From IMG/VR virus record IMGVR_UViG_3300020598_000119: a DNA stretch of 64,000 nucleotides; one strand, written 5' to 3'. Below, in pieces: positions 9,575 to 19,114 of the stretch. The stretch is from a virus. Its lineage: Duplodnaviria; Caudoviricetes. Each line of letters starts with the position of its first letter. Position 1 is the stretch's first letter. The notes below the pieces were generated by a model. That model made no database searches. It was not told the origin of the DNA and worked only from the letters and a program-made list of their open reading frames with translations. Both the position numbers and the translations under genes were made by a program.

Positions 9575-11053
9575 TTAGCTCCCGAGGCTGATGGTTTCGA
9601 ATGCCAGCATCTCTTCTTCCTTGAGCCTGGCCTCATTGGTGACGCGAACGAATTCAGCGAAATGGCCTTCCATTTCCACACGCAGGCTTTCATCAATCGG
9701 AGAAATGATCTCGATGAAGTCATTCTCATCAAGAGTAGCGACCGCATGATTACCTGTTGCGTAGGCGTGAATAGATGCAATTATCCGCTTGCCACTTTCG
9801 ACTGCTCTGGTCGCTGCATCGAGATTCATTCCTGAGAGCTTACAGCAATCAACTACATGCCCTTTTGAACCGAGTTCCATCACACTCCTCTGTCCGATGC
9901 TAATTGAAGAGATAGGTCCTGACAGGATCGGCCACGTTTCATGTTCGTCTCTTTTATCCCAGCGATTGAGAATTTTTTCAGCGGCAGATTTTATGCCATC
10001 TAGGTCATCACGAAGAACTCCTTGTCGAGCGGAGTGAAGATTGTCCTCACTCTTCACTCGGTGATTGAACATGCGATCATCACCTTCACGTATTGCCCCA
10101 ATGCGAATGTCCTCGACTAAGTCATCGCTTAGCTCGATCTCACAAAATTCCTTTACTGCCGCAATCAACCTGTCAGTCACTCGGTTTCCTGCGTCTTCAT
10201 ATGCATCACGGAATTCAAACCATTTCTGAAGGTACGGCAAAGACAAGCTTGCGGCGTCTTTGTCCAGACAATTTCTGAGAGAAGCCGCCAAAAGCATCGT
10301 GTCTCGGTTGTCGCCATCGTATGTAAAAACTGTGGGATCAAAGACCTCTATGTGAGGCATTTCTCTACGATTTTCCCCTTGAGAATGCTTGTGTGCGAGA
10401 TTGATATTACACGTAGTATCGCTTCTGTCGGAAAGTAGGCCGTAGATTGAGTGCTCTTCATAATCAAATCGAGAGAAAGAATTTTGGCCACGACATGTGA
10501 CCGAAGGCTTGTCGGTGTATTTACAAATCGTGAACACAGGTTCGGGGATTTCTTCATAAACAACACCATCGACGATCAAAAGCTGTTCGGCCAGTTTCGT
10601 GAGGCTTTTTGCCATTCGAGCACCCTTGTCGTCACTGATGGTTCGATGAGGTGCTCCAAATGGCTGGGCCGCCAGAATTTGCTCGCCCGTCGTGTACTTG
10701 ATCTCACGTTCAAAAGCCCTCGACACCTTAGGATGGGCTTTATCAAAGAGAGTCCCTTCGAAACCTTTCTCAAGACCCTTATTGAATTCTTCGACCGAGT
10801 ATTTTTCTACAAAATATCGCCCATCTACGAATCGAATTTCACGAGGCTCTTCGCCTTTTTTAAATGAGAAATTTTTGGCTCCATCCTGAATAGAGTTTGT
10901 CTTCTGGCCGATCTTGGCGACCAATGGTGCTTCGCTCGGAGACAGCTCTCGAATTTCGACTTCGACATTCGAACGACCATAAGCCACATCAGGGTTCTGA
11001 TGCCTGTAACGGACAAATGAGATCGTATAGTCGAAATTGATATCCAAACGCAT
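9575..11053 (-). CDS. Hypothetical protein, plasmid paralog family (VxIRE..EAP / IxDGxVY..EP motifs)
   Basis: 492 aa ORF with SD; motifs shared with 8074-9570 and 42889-43908. Confidence 0.8.
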   Translation of the reverse strand: MRLDINFDYTISFVRYRHQNPDVAYGRSNVEVEIRELSPSEAPLVAKIGQKTNSIQDGAKNFSFKKGEEPREIRFVDGRYFVEKYSVEEFNKGLEKGFEGTLFDKAHPKVSRAFEREIKYTTGEQILAAQPFGAPHRTISDDKGARMAKSLTKLAEQLLIVDGVVYEEIPEPVFTICKYTDKPSVTCRGQNSFSRFDYEEHSIYGLLSDRSDTTCNINLAHKHSQGENRREMPHIEVFDPTVFTYDGDNRDTMLLAASLRNCLDKDAASLSLPYLQKWFEFRDAYEDAGNRVTDRLIAAVKEFCEIELSDDLVEDIRIGAIREGDDRMFNHRVKSEDNLHSARQGVLRDDLDGIKSAAEKILNRWDKRDEHETWPILSGPISSISIGQRSVMELGSKGHVVDCCKLSGMNLDAATRAVESGKRIIASIHAYATGNHAVATLDENDFIEIISPIDESLRVEMEGHFAEFVRVTNEARLKEEEMLAFETISLGS

Positions 11054-11318
11054 GTTTCATCTCCAGAGGAAGCTCGCGTCCGATGATATATGCTCGTGTT
11101 GAAAGGAAGAAATCATCCAACGAGCAGTCTGTAAGAGGCCATTTATGACCCGTTATTTGGGTTTATGTGGCCTAAAAGGACATAAATGTCACTTTGAAAC
11201 ACTACCGGACACAACGTGCCGAATTAAGTTGACACCATTTATATAGTCCTGAACCATTAATCATCGCCAGGCAGCGAAAGGTGCATGCAGGGCATGATGT
11301 GAGAAAGGTACTAATTAA

Positions 11319-11846
11319 ATGAAGAAACTCATTATTGCAGCTGGCGCACTCATTCTGGCAAGCGCTCCTGCCTTTGCTGATGGCGCATTCGACGGCTTCT
11401 ACGCAGGCGTTGATGGTCTCTACAGCAACACCAAGATCGATGGCGAGAAGGATGGCTCGTTCTCGGGTCGCGTGAACGCTGGCTACGGCAAGACCTACAG
11501 CAAGATTTACCTCGGCGGCGAAGGCAACCTGGATTTCAGCGGCTTCGACATGTCAGTCGGCGGCGAGAAGATCAAGAAGGACCTCGGTTATGGCGCGACT
11601 GGTCGCCTTGGTTATGAGTTCTCGCCAAGGTATCTCGGCTATGGCCTCGTCGGTTACGAGCGCGCTGACATAGAGGTGGGTGGCAGCAAGGAAACTTTTG
11701 ACGGCATTCGTTTCGGCGCTGGCGTCGAAACCAAGGTTCAGAACAACATCTCTGTCCGCACCGAAGTCAGCCAGTCACGCCTGAAGAACGACGACGTCAC
11801 GATCAAGGACCTGAAGTCCACGGTCGGTCTGGCAATCCGCTTCTAA
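11319..11846 (+). CDS. Outer-membrane beta-barrel protein (Omp25/RopB/OmpA-TM like)
   Basis: Signal peptide (PAFA-D), FDGFYAG, amphipathic Gly/aromatic strands, terminal Phe (GLAIRF). Confidence 0.88.
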   Translation: MKKLIIAAGALILASAPAFADGAFDGFYAGVDGLYSNTKIDGEKDGSFSGRVNAGYGKTYSKIYLGGEGNLDFSGFDMSVGGEKIKKDLGYGATGRLGYEFSPRYLGYGLVGYERADIEVGGSKETFDGIRFGAGVETKVQNNISVRTEVSQSRLKNDDVTIKDLKSTVGLAIRF

Positions 11847-11869
11847 GGCTCCTCTGCCTGGAACGAAAT

Positions 11870-11903
11870 CAGGGGGAGGGTGCAAGCTCTTCCCCTTCTG
11901 TTT
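11870..11903 (+). terminator. Putative intrinsic terminator after the OMP gene
   Basis: CAGGGGGAGGG...CTCTTCCCCTTCTG followed by TTT. Confidence 0.5.
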
Positions 11904-12669
11904 GAAAGGGATCGGTAGGTTGGAGTTTCTGGAAGACAAGATTGTCGATGAGGACGATCAGCGTTTCATTGTCAGATTTTCAGCATGGGAAGGCCCGATT
12001 GAGGCAATGCTGGAACTCGCACGCTCCCAGAAGATCGATCTCCTGCAAATTGATATCCTGGAACTCGTTTCACAGTTTGAAGCCGTCGTCGGCAAGGCCA
12101 TGGCCCTTAGAATGGAACTCGCGGCCGACTGGCTCGTGATGGCATCATGGATGACTTACCTGAAGTCGCGCATCCTGCTCAAACAACCCAAGTCTGACGG
12201 CAAGGAAGAACTCTCTGAAGACGCCCTGGCTTTTCATTTGAAGCGCCTCGATGCCGTGAAAACCGCAGCCGATAAAATCCAGAAGCAAATCATGCTGAAC
12301 AAGGATTGGTTTGGTCCAGGTGGTGCAGGCGGGGCAGGGGTTCAGAGCAACCGTCTGGTTGTGTCCTTCCACGAATTCCTCGCCGCTTATCCAACGCCGA
12401 AAGAAAAAGACTTCGTCGCCGAGCCACGCATCCTGAAGCCCTTTGACCTCGCGTCAGTCGACGAGGCCATAACGCGTCTCAAGGTCGAAATGCCCAGCGA
12501 ATGGACCAACCTTGTCGACCTAATCCCGAAGGCATCCGGTCTACGTCTTCGATCCAACATTGCCACCAGTCTGATCGGAACCCTCGAACTCGCGCGCAGC
12601 GGGATCGCAGAGATTAAGCAATCGGACTTGATGGAGCCAATCTACGTGAAGAGGATCGGCAATGAGTGA
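11902..12669 (+). CDS. scpA: Segregation/condensation protein A (kleisin)
   Basis: WEGPIEAMLEL..QKIDLLQIDI, AADWLVMASWMTYLKSRILL, TLELAR. Confidence 0.9.
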   Translation: MKGIGRLEFLEDKIVDEDDQRFIVRFSAWEGPIEAMLELARSQKIDLLQIDILELVSQFEAVVGKAMALRMELAADWLVMASWMTYLKSRILLKQPKSDGKEELSEDALAFHLKRLDAVKTAADKIQKQIMLNKDWFGPGGAGGAGVQSNRLVVSFHEFLAAYPTPKEKDFVAEPRILKPFDLASVDEAITRLKVEMPSEWTNLVDLIPKASGLRLRSNIATSLIGTLELARSGIAEIKQSDLMEPIYVKRIGNE

Positions 12670-13243
12670 GCACATTCAGGATCACCATTTGGTCGAGACC
12701 ATCCTTGCTTCATCTAAGAACCCGGTCTCTCTGGATGACCTACGCACGCGGCTACCGATAGGCGTCAATGTCGAAGCCTCGCTACGGAGGCTGATGGACG
12801 AGTATAAGGGGCGTTCGCTACAGGTCATCGAAGTCGCAGGCGGATGGACATTGAGAACCAAGCCTGAGCTTTCTGACCTCTGTCGCAAGTTTCTGCGCAA
12901 GCCAATAAGGCTCACCAATGCGGCACTCGAAACGCTGGTCACCATTGCCTACTTTCAACCCGTCACCCGCCCAGAGATTGAGCGCATTCGCGGTGTTACA
13001 GTGGCGAAAGCAATCCTTGATCTGCTCCTCTGGTCCGAATGGATCAGGCCGGGGCCGCGACGTCAAACGCCAGGCAATCCACTGACGTTCGTAGCGACCA
13101 ACAAATTCCTGCAGCAGTTCGACTTCAAGAGTTTCGACGATCTGCCTGATATCAACGAGCTGCGCGCAGCTGGCATTCTCAATGCAGAGAAGGATCTCGG
13201 CATGCCCCTGCCAGACGCTGACTCTGAGCTTAGCGAAATGTGA
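12662..13243 (+). CDS. scpB: Segregation/condensation protein B (KITE)
   Basis: EVAGGWTLRT, AALETLVTIAYFQPVTRPEIERIRGV, TNKFLQQF..DLP; overlaps the scpA stop. Confidence 0.92.
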   Translation: MSEHIQDHHLVETILASSKNPVSLDDLRTRLPIGVNVEASLRRLMDEYKGRSLQVIEVAGGWTLRTKPELSDLCRKFLRKPIRLTNAALETLVTIAYFQPVTRPEIERIRGVTVAKAILDLLLWSEWIRPGPRRQTPGNPLTFVATNKFLQQFDFKSFDDLPDINELRAAGILNAEKDLGMPLPDADSELSEM

Positions 13244-13805
13244 AGTCGTTGCGCTGTTCGGATGCGGCCTGAGCAGCACGCGCCCACTCTTCTACCTTGG
13301 GCTTCAGCTCCTTAATCGGAATACCATATCCTTTCGCCCAAACTACAATCAGGCGATTGATCAAGCGGTCCTTATCTCTCGCCTGAAATCCGTGCCCATG
13401 CTCGATCAAGGTATCGAACTTGCTGTCGATCCCATCCAAATACTCGATCCGGAACTGCCCTACTTCCTGCAGCGCATCCACCATGAGCTGCGCTTCACCG
13501 CGCGAGCGATTTACTGGTTGCTTGGAAACAATCTTCATCTTCTCGATCAAGCAGGCATTCATCGCGGCCCAAATAGCATTGCGCGCCTCACTGACTGCCA
13601 AAGCTCCTGCCTCGATCTTGTCTACGATAGCCGCTTCTTTGGGTAATTCTTTCCGCGCCTTCTCTGGTGTCAGCGTCACCGCGAGATCAAAGAAACGATC
13701 ATACGCAAGAAGGTTGTCGTGGACCAACTTCGCCTGCGCATCCTGCATATCATTTCGCTTGTGGACGGCGTCAGTGTACGGCTTTGCAATTTCAAGATCG
13801 GACAT
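13230..13805 (-). CDS. Hypothetical protein
   Basis: 191 aa helical ORF, co-oriented and close to upstream gene. Confidence 0.7.
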   Translation of the reverse strand: MSDLEIAKPYTDAVHKRNDMQDAQAKLVHDNLLAYDRFFDLAVTLTPEKARKELPKEAAIVDKIEAGALAVSEARNAIWAAMNACLIEKMKIVSKQPVNRSRGEAQLMVDALQEVGQFRIEYLDGIDSKFDTLIEHGHGFQARDKDRLINRLIVVWAKGYGIPIKELKPKVEEWARAAQAASEQRNDFTFR

Positions 13806-13810
13806 GGCAG

Positions 13811-14521
13811 CTACTTCCTAAATGTGTCGTAGATATTATAGGCACGAGTGGCCTGAGCCGCCTTGCTTGGAATAGACTTATCTTCCTTCGGCCCCCAGCT
13901 TCCCTTCTCATAAGAATTGTCGCCATATCCGTACTCGCGATTGGCATCATCGCGATATTCATCACTGCCCCATACGCGACCACCAGAACCTCGGGTCCAT
14001 TTAACGCCATCCAGAGCCTTGAAGAAAATTTTTCCTAGTGCCGTATCCCTTGCGTCATCGCAGGCGTGATTATTCTGGGGAACATCCCAATAAACCTTTT
14101 TGGTCGTATTGTCGAACGTCAGGGAGCAGTTGATATTCGAAAACTCAGTGACATTATTACCGAGTTTCGGAAACATTTTCTGGGTAGGTCGAACAAGTCG
14201 CCGTTTCTTCGTCTTATGGCAATATTCGCTCAGTGCCCACACGACAGTCAGCTCGTCTTGCCTGGACAGGTTTCTATTTGGCTTTACCGCCCAAGGATTC
14301 TCTGGCAGTCGCAGCTTTTCGATTTCCTCAAAGCCAGCATAATTGATGTCGAAATTCTTCTGGCCTTTGGCGAGCACGATCAAACAATCATACAACTGCT
14401 TAGCAATCTCCAACTGGCGGGTATGAAGTTCATTCATCTCCTCGCGAATTTTCGCCTTAAAGCCAGCCCATTCCGCTGATGGTATGGTGAACTCACCTTT
14501 TTCCCATTCATTTCTCGCCAT
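13811..14521 (-). CDS. Hypothetical protein
   Basis: Start chosen at MARNEW because of SD GAAGGAG; protein-like composition. Confidence 0.75.
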   Translation of the reverse strand: MARNEWEKGEFTIPSAEWAGFKAKIREEMNELHTRQLEIAKQLYDCLIVLAKGQKNFDINYAGFEEIEKLRLPENPWAVKPNRNLSRQDELTVVWALSEYCHKTKKRRLVRPTQKMFPKLGNNVTEFSNINCSLTFDNTTKKVYWDVPQNNHACDDARDTALGKIFFKALDGVKWTRGSGGRVWGSDEYRDDANREYGYGDNSYEKGSWGPKEDKSIPSKAAQATRAYNIYDTFRK

Positions 14522-14581
14522 TTCAAAGCTCCTTCGATTTCTCACAGATTATTGAAGAGATTCGAAATTCACAAAATTTGA

Positions 14582-15040
14582 TTGCCTCGTGTCGGTCGCG
14601 CCGCCAACATAAAGGAAATCATGGGTGCGATTATGGACGAGAACAGGCTTAAAATATCAGCTGAAGAACTGGATTATGTAGAAGACATCATAAATCAGGT
14701 GATGGCCTCCCTGCCAGATCTCGGGTTCAGGGCCAGCCACGCGCGTTTTCCATACTCGCTGCATCACGACTACTACCGAACCAGGCTACGCATTCACGGC
14801 CGCCGCCTCCGTCACGAGGAAGTAGCGATCATCCTGAATCAATGGGCCTCAAAACAGGAAAAGCCCGTTGACGCTTACGTCTGGCAGGCCATTTCAGGAG
14901 CAATTCGAAATCTGCAGGGCAGGGAGAAAATCAACATCCCCGACCACATCCGTCAGGGAATGGAAAGCGTTGCCCATGGTGAAACATTCGAAGCATGGGC
15001 TAAGACTTTCCTGAAAGAAGCGGCAAGAGAAAACGCCTAG
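14582..15040 (+). CDS. Hypothetical protein
   Basis: 152 aa ORF filling the gap; real start probably a downstream Met. Confidence 0.6.
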   Translation: MPRVGRAANIKEIMGAIMDENRLKISAEELDYVEDIINQVMASLPDLGFRASHARFPYSLHHDYYRTRLRIHGRRLRHEEVAIILNQWASKQEKPVDAYVWQAISGAIRNLQGREKINIPDHIRQGMESVAHGETFEAWAKTFLKEAARENA

Positions 15041-15864
15041 AGCGCGAACGCCTCATGCAGCGATTCCGAAAGCGCAGCGCCAATCTCTTCTTCAAGCTGA
15101 TCAGAGGTTTTGACGTCAGGCACTTCCATGTTGGCAAGCTTGAAAGGATGCGCAGCATATTTCGAAGCATGATGAGACAGGACTGAAACTAGGCTCTCGT
15201 AGAGCGAGATTTCAACCAAGTTTTTCTCATGACCTTGCTTGCTCAAGTCGACGACACGCTCCTTGAAATGGAAAATCCATTTGGACAGGGAGGATGCCCC
15301 TGCTGTTTTCATCGTTTCAAGTTCATGAATCAACGATGCAACAATACCAAGGCGCTGGTCTACGAGAGCCTTGAACTCTTCATAGTCTGCATCGTTTAAT
15401 TGAGGCTCATTTTGAACCACCTGCTTCTGCCGCCCCATCAGTCGACCAAACCAACCGTCTTGATCTTGCTGAACAACCGGACGGCTTGCCGGAACTCGTT
15501 TGGACAGGGATTCTTCATAAGCGCGGAGCGCCTCGTGGAGCATCTCCTGAATATCGTTGGACTGCCGTGCGAACGAAATCAGAAAATCGTCTTCAAAGTT
15601 CAGGACATCAATTTCTGATTGGACGTCTTCTGCGCTAAGCGCCACACGCTCAACTCGCAACTCCATCAGGCGATCATGCATGCGGCCACTCTGAGCCGTG
15701 ATTACTGTACGATAATTATGAAAGCTCTCCGATAGAGCCTTAATAGATTCATCAACGTTGGAGAACATTTTCTGCCCTTCATAAATGCGTATATGCGTTT
15801 TAATGAGGGTGTCATCAGAATAATAAACGTTCAAGAAAAAAGTGGACGGAATTAATTTTTCCAC
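15037..15864 (-). CDS. Hypothetical coiled-coil protein
   Basis: 275 aa helical ORF; start uncertain. Confidence 0.65.
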   Translation of the reverse strand: MEKLIPSTFFLNVYYSDDTLIKTHIRIYEGQKMFSNVDESIKALSESFHNYRTVITAQSGRMHDRLMELRVERVALSAEDVQSEIDVLNFEDDFLISFARQSNDIQEMLHEALRAYEESLSKRVPASRPVVQQDQDGWFGRLMGRQKQVVQNEPQLNDADYEEFKALVDQRLGIVASLIHELETMKTAGASSLSKWIFHFKERVVDLSKQGHEKNLVEISLYESLVSVLSHHASKYAAHPFKLANMEVPDVKTSDQLEEEIGAALSESLHEAFAL

Positions 15865-15889
15865 CCACTTTCCCGTCTTAAATTAATTT

Positions 15890-16690
15890 TCAAGACATCT
15901 GCAGTTTGACGGCTTCGCGAACAGGTTTTGTGCGGGCAAGAAACCTGTCCAGCACATCACGGATGTCTTGCGACAGCTTTTCTGTACAACGGTGCACGAT
16001 GTCATCAGGAATGCCGAACTTCGGTTCCACGATAGCGCCTGCGATGGCAGCTTGCGTGTCAGCATCGTTGCCAAGCGAGACCGCGTTGCGAACCGCATCT
16101 TCGAACGAGGTCGCTTCCAGTGCGCAGATGATAGCTTCCGGCACGCTGTCAGGGCAGGTGGTCTTGAAACGCGGATAGTTCCAGCGAATACCGTCGACCG
16201 TACGATCAAGATCGTAGCCAGTAAGGTCAGCGATCACCTGCTTGATCTCGTCGTGACGCCCTTCGACCGCCAGACGCACGGCCACGGCCACCGCAACAGC
16301 GCCCTTGATGCCCTCGGGATGTGAGTGAGACGGCATGGCACTTTCGGTTGCCATCTTGATTGCTTCCTCGACGCTGCCAGCGAGCCAGCCAATAGCACTC
16401 ACGCGCATAGCAGAACCGTTGCCGAATGAATCGCCCTGAGTACGTTGTGGATTAAGAAGCCATGCCTTAAAGCCCTTGCCGAAACCGTCCTCTATATGAC
16501 GCAGGCCGAATTCAACGAGAGCATCCTCATAGCTTATTCCCGACATCGCAGCATGTGCAATCGCAGCGGTCAACACCGTATCATCGGAGAAACGTGATCC
16601 GTCACGGAACAAATCGAATTCCTTCGTGCGGATCGGATATTCAAATTCATATGGGCGACCAATCACGTCACCACAGATAGCTCCAAGCAT
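15890..16690 (-). CDS. ADP-ribosylglycohydrolase (DraG/ARH family)
   Basis: MLGAICGDVIG, FSDDT, SFGNGSAMRVS, SHSHPEG, GNDADTQAAIAG; SD before Met at 16690. Confidence 0.93.
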   Translation of the reverse strand: MLGAICGDVIGRPYEFEYPIRTKEFDLFRDGSRFSDDTVLTAAIAHAAMSGISYEDALVEFGLRHIEDGFGKGFKAWLLNPQRTQGDSFGNGSAMRVSAIGWLAGSVEEAIKMATESAMPSHSHPEGIKGAVAVAVAVRLAVEGRHDEIKQVIADLTGYDLDRTVDGIRWNYPRFKTTCPDSVPEAIICALEATSFEDAVRNAVSLGNDADTQAAIAGAIVEPKFGIPDDIVHRCTEKLSQDIRDVLDRFLARTKPVREAVKLQMS

Positions 16691-16870
16691 GAACACCTCT
16701 TTCTTACTCGCGGCGATAAATGCCAAAAATCCTGCGAAATTGCAATTTAATTTTTGTTCTGATTCCAGTTTTAGACGCATGTAGGGGAATTAAGCGTTCA
16801 GGCAAAATCAGTTGACACTTTCTCTTTATGCCCACAGCATATTAATTATCGAGAATTTACCGGGGTAAAT

Positions 16871-18718
16871 ATGTCGGGACTAAATCAGGAACAACGTGCG
16901 GCTGCGTCCCACAATTCAGGTCATGCCATCGTCTTGGCAGGACCTGGCACGGGCAAAACCAGCACTCTTGTCGCCCGACACTCATTTCTCCGTTCTCGCG
17001 GTATTGCCAGCGAACATATTCTGGTTTCGACTTTCACTAACAAGGCCGCCGAAGAGCTGAAGGCTCGGTTGGGCAAAAATGCTCCCTCGTCCGCCTGGAT
17101 CGGCACCTTTCACGGCATTTGCCTTCGACTTTTGAGACGTTTCAACGAAAATGCGAAGCTGAAGAAGAACTTCAAGGTCCTCGATCCAGGCGCGCAGAAA
17201 GAACTGATCGCCAAGGCAGGCATCGTCTGGGATGCGGACGATGGAGACCTTACCGACGTCATCGGCAGGTGGAAGGATTCCCTTGTTTCGCCCGAGGATG
17301 CGATGGCTGAAGCGATCCGCAAGGGCAATTCGATTCTGAGCCTCGCAGCCGAGCACTACCAAACCTATGAAGATGAATTGGCCAGAAGGGGCGATCTGGA
17401 TTTCTCCGACCTAGTCACCCGTTCTCTACAGGTAATGCGCACCTCACCAGAGGTTATAGACTTCATTCGAACTCGCATTACGCATGCGCTGGTCGACGAA
17501 TTCCAAGACGTTAACAGATCTCAGGTAGAGTTTCTTCAAGCACTTGCCGCCGCAGGAACGACGATTTGGGCGGTCGCCGATGACGATCAGGCACTTTATG
17601 GATGGCGCGGCGGCAACGTCCGTTACACCGTCCACTTTTCCCAGTTCTTCAAGGACGCAAAGACCTACACACTCGTCGTCAATTACCGATGCGATCCAGC
17701 AATCATTGCGGCGGCCAATGTCAGCATCGCCAATAACGTCAACCGCGTTCGCAAAGTGCTGAAACCATCTCGCCAGCATAATAAGAACTTTGTCGTTCGC
17801 ATTCGTCCATTCCGCACGGAAAAGGACGAGGCTGAATGGGTTGCCTCATCCATTGAGCGCTATCTGAAACAGGGCGCGAAGCCACGAGACATCGCCGTAC
17901 TGATCCGGACTTCCTCCGTCACACCTGCCATCCAGCAGGCCTTTGAAGCGCGCCAAATCCCATTTTCTTTATCTGGGACTCAGAGCTTCTGGGAGTTGCC
18001 GGAAGTCACAGCCGTTGCAGACGTGCTCAATGCTATCGAACAAGGACAGCCTGGTCGCATTGCCGCCCGCTTCAAGGGCGTTCTAGACCTCGTGAACACG
18101 ATGAAAGGCTCGTCCCCAAAGGAGGCCGCCAGTGCTGTCGGTCGACTAGTCGGAGACCAACCACCTCAGGGTGTAACCGGAGAAAGAGCCGCCTTGTGGT
18201 CAGATGCTTGTGAAGCGGCCGCAGGCATAGCAACGACGTTCAACAGTGCCACAGCATTCATCGGTCACATCAACGAAATGGCTGCGAAGAGTTCCACGTC
18301 GGAAAGCGAAGGCATATCGATCACCACTGTCCATTCCTCCAAGGGCCTTGAATGGCGTCACGTCGTTATCGCTGGCGCTGAAGCATCGTTGATGCCTCAT
18401 CATCGATCTGACGATCCCGAGGAAGAGCGCAGACTGTTTTACGTCGCACTAACGCGCTCCAAGGGGGCCGTGGACATCACCTTCTCCAAGTTCCGGTTTG
18501 GCAAGAGCCAGTCACCATCTCCATACCTCTCCGAAATCTCGAAAGCACCAACAGGAGCGGTCGTGTGGGCGGGTGGAGAGCAACCCCCTGAATCTCAACA
18601 ACCGCAAACATCAACCGCTCCTGCACAGAGGGCGGAACAACCAAATCAGAACAACGCCATGCCGAAGGTCTACAGACGGCGTGGTGGCAAAAGCCTGATC
18701 CCGCCTGAAGAGCGTTAA
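16871..18718 (+). CDS. UvrD/PcrA/Rep SF1 DNA helicase
   Basis: AGPGTGKT, TFTNKAA, VDEFQD, DDDQALYGWRG, NYRC, TVHSSKGLEW, EERRLFYVALTR. Confidence 0.95.
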   Translation: MSGLNQEQRAAASHNSGHAIVLAGPGTGKTSTLVARHSFLRSRGIASEHILVSTFTNKAAEELKARLGKNAPSSAWIGTFHGICLRLLRRFNENAKLKKNFKVLDPGAQKELIAKAGIVWDADDGDLTDVIGRWKDSLVSPEDAMAEAIRKGNSILSLAAEHYQTYEDELARRGDLDFSDLVTRSLQVMRTSPEVIDFIRTRITHALVDEFQDVNRSQVEFLQALAAAGTTIWAVADDDQALYGWRGGNVRYTVHFSQFFKDAKTYTLVVNYRCDPAIIAAANVSIANNVNRVRKVLKPSRQHNKNFVVRIRPFRTEKDEAEWVASSIERYLKQGAKPRDIAVLIRTSSVTPAIQQAFEARQIPFSLSGTQSFWELPEVTAVADVLNAIEQGQPGRIAARFKGVLDLVNTMKGSSPKEAASAVGRLVGDQPPQGVTGERAALWSDACEAAAGIATTFNSATAFIGHINEMAAKSSTSESEGISITTVHSSKGLEWRHVVIAGAEASLMPHHRSDDPEEERRLFYVALTRSKGAVDITFSKFRFGKSQSPSPYLSEISKAPTGAVVWAGGEQPPESQQPQTSTAPAQRAEQPNQNNAMPKVYRRRGGKSLIPPEER

Positions 18719-18720
18719 AT

Positions 18721-19083
18721 ATGAAAAAAATGAAAACTTCGAAGCGCTTCCGTATTTACAAGGAAATGCGTCGTGAACTGATAGAAAAATACCCAGCAGC
18801 TTTTCCTGCGAAAGGGAAACGGCCGCCGTTGAAGGTGGGTATCGTGAAAGATATTTTGGCTGACGGATCGCTAAATTCGACTGCTAATAATCTTCGTATT
18901 TTTCTCTCTATCTGGACGCGCTCGACTGCTTATCTCCAGAGCGTCGCTAAAATGCGACCGCGCATCACTCTAAGCGGGGAAGTATGCGCGGAAATAAGCA
19001 AGGTCCACGCATCAACAGCCGCAGAGATCATTGTCTCCAGAAAAAATAAAAAGCTGAATAATTTGACTTCCACTGGGCAATAA
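18721..19083 (+). CDS. ProQ/FinO-domain RNA chaperone
   Basis: YPAAF..PPLKVGIVKDI..LSIWTRSTAYL..RITLSGE. Confidence 0.85.
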   Translation: MKKMKTSKRFRIYKEMRRELIEKYPAAFPAKGKRPPLKVGIVKDILADGSLNSTANNLRIFLSIWTRSTAYLQSVAKMRPRITLSGEVCAEISKVHASTAAEIIVSRKNKKLNNLTSTGQ

Positions 19084-19114
19084 TCTAAAAAAGCTGTCAA
19101 CATTTTAGATTGGA

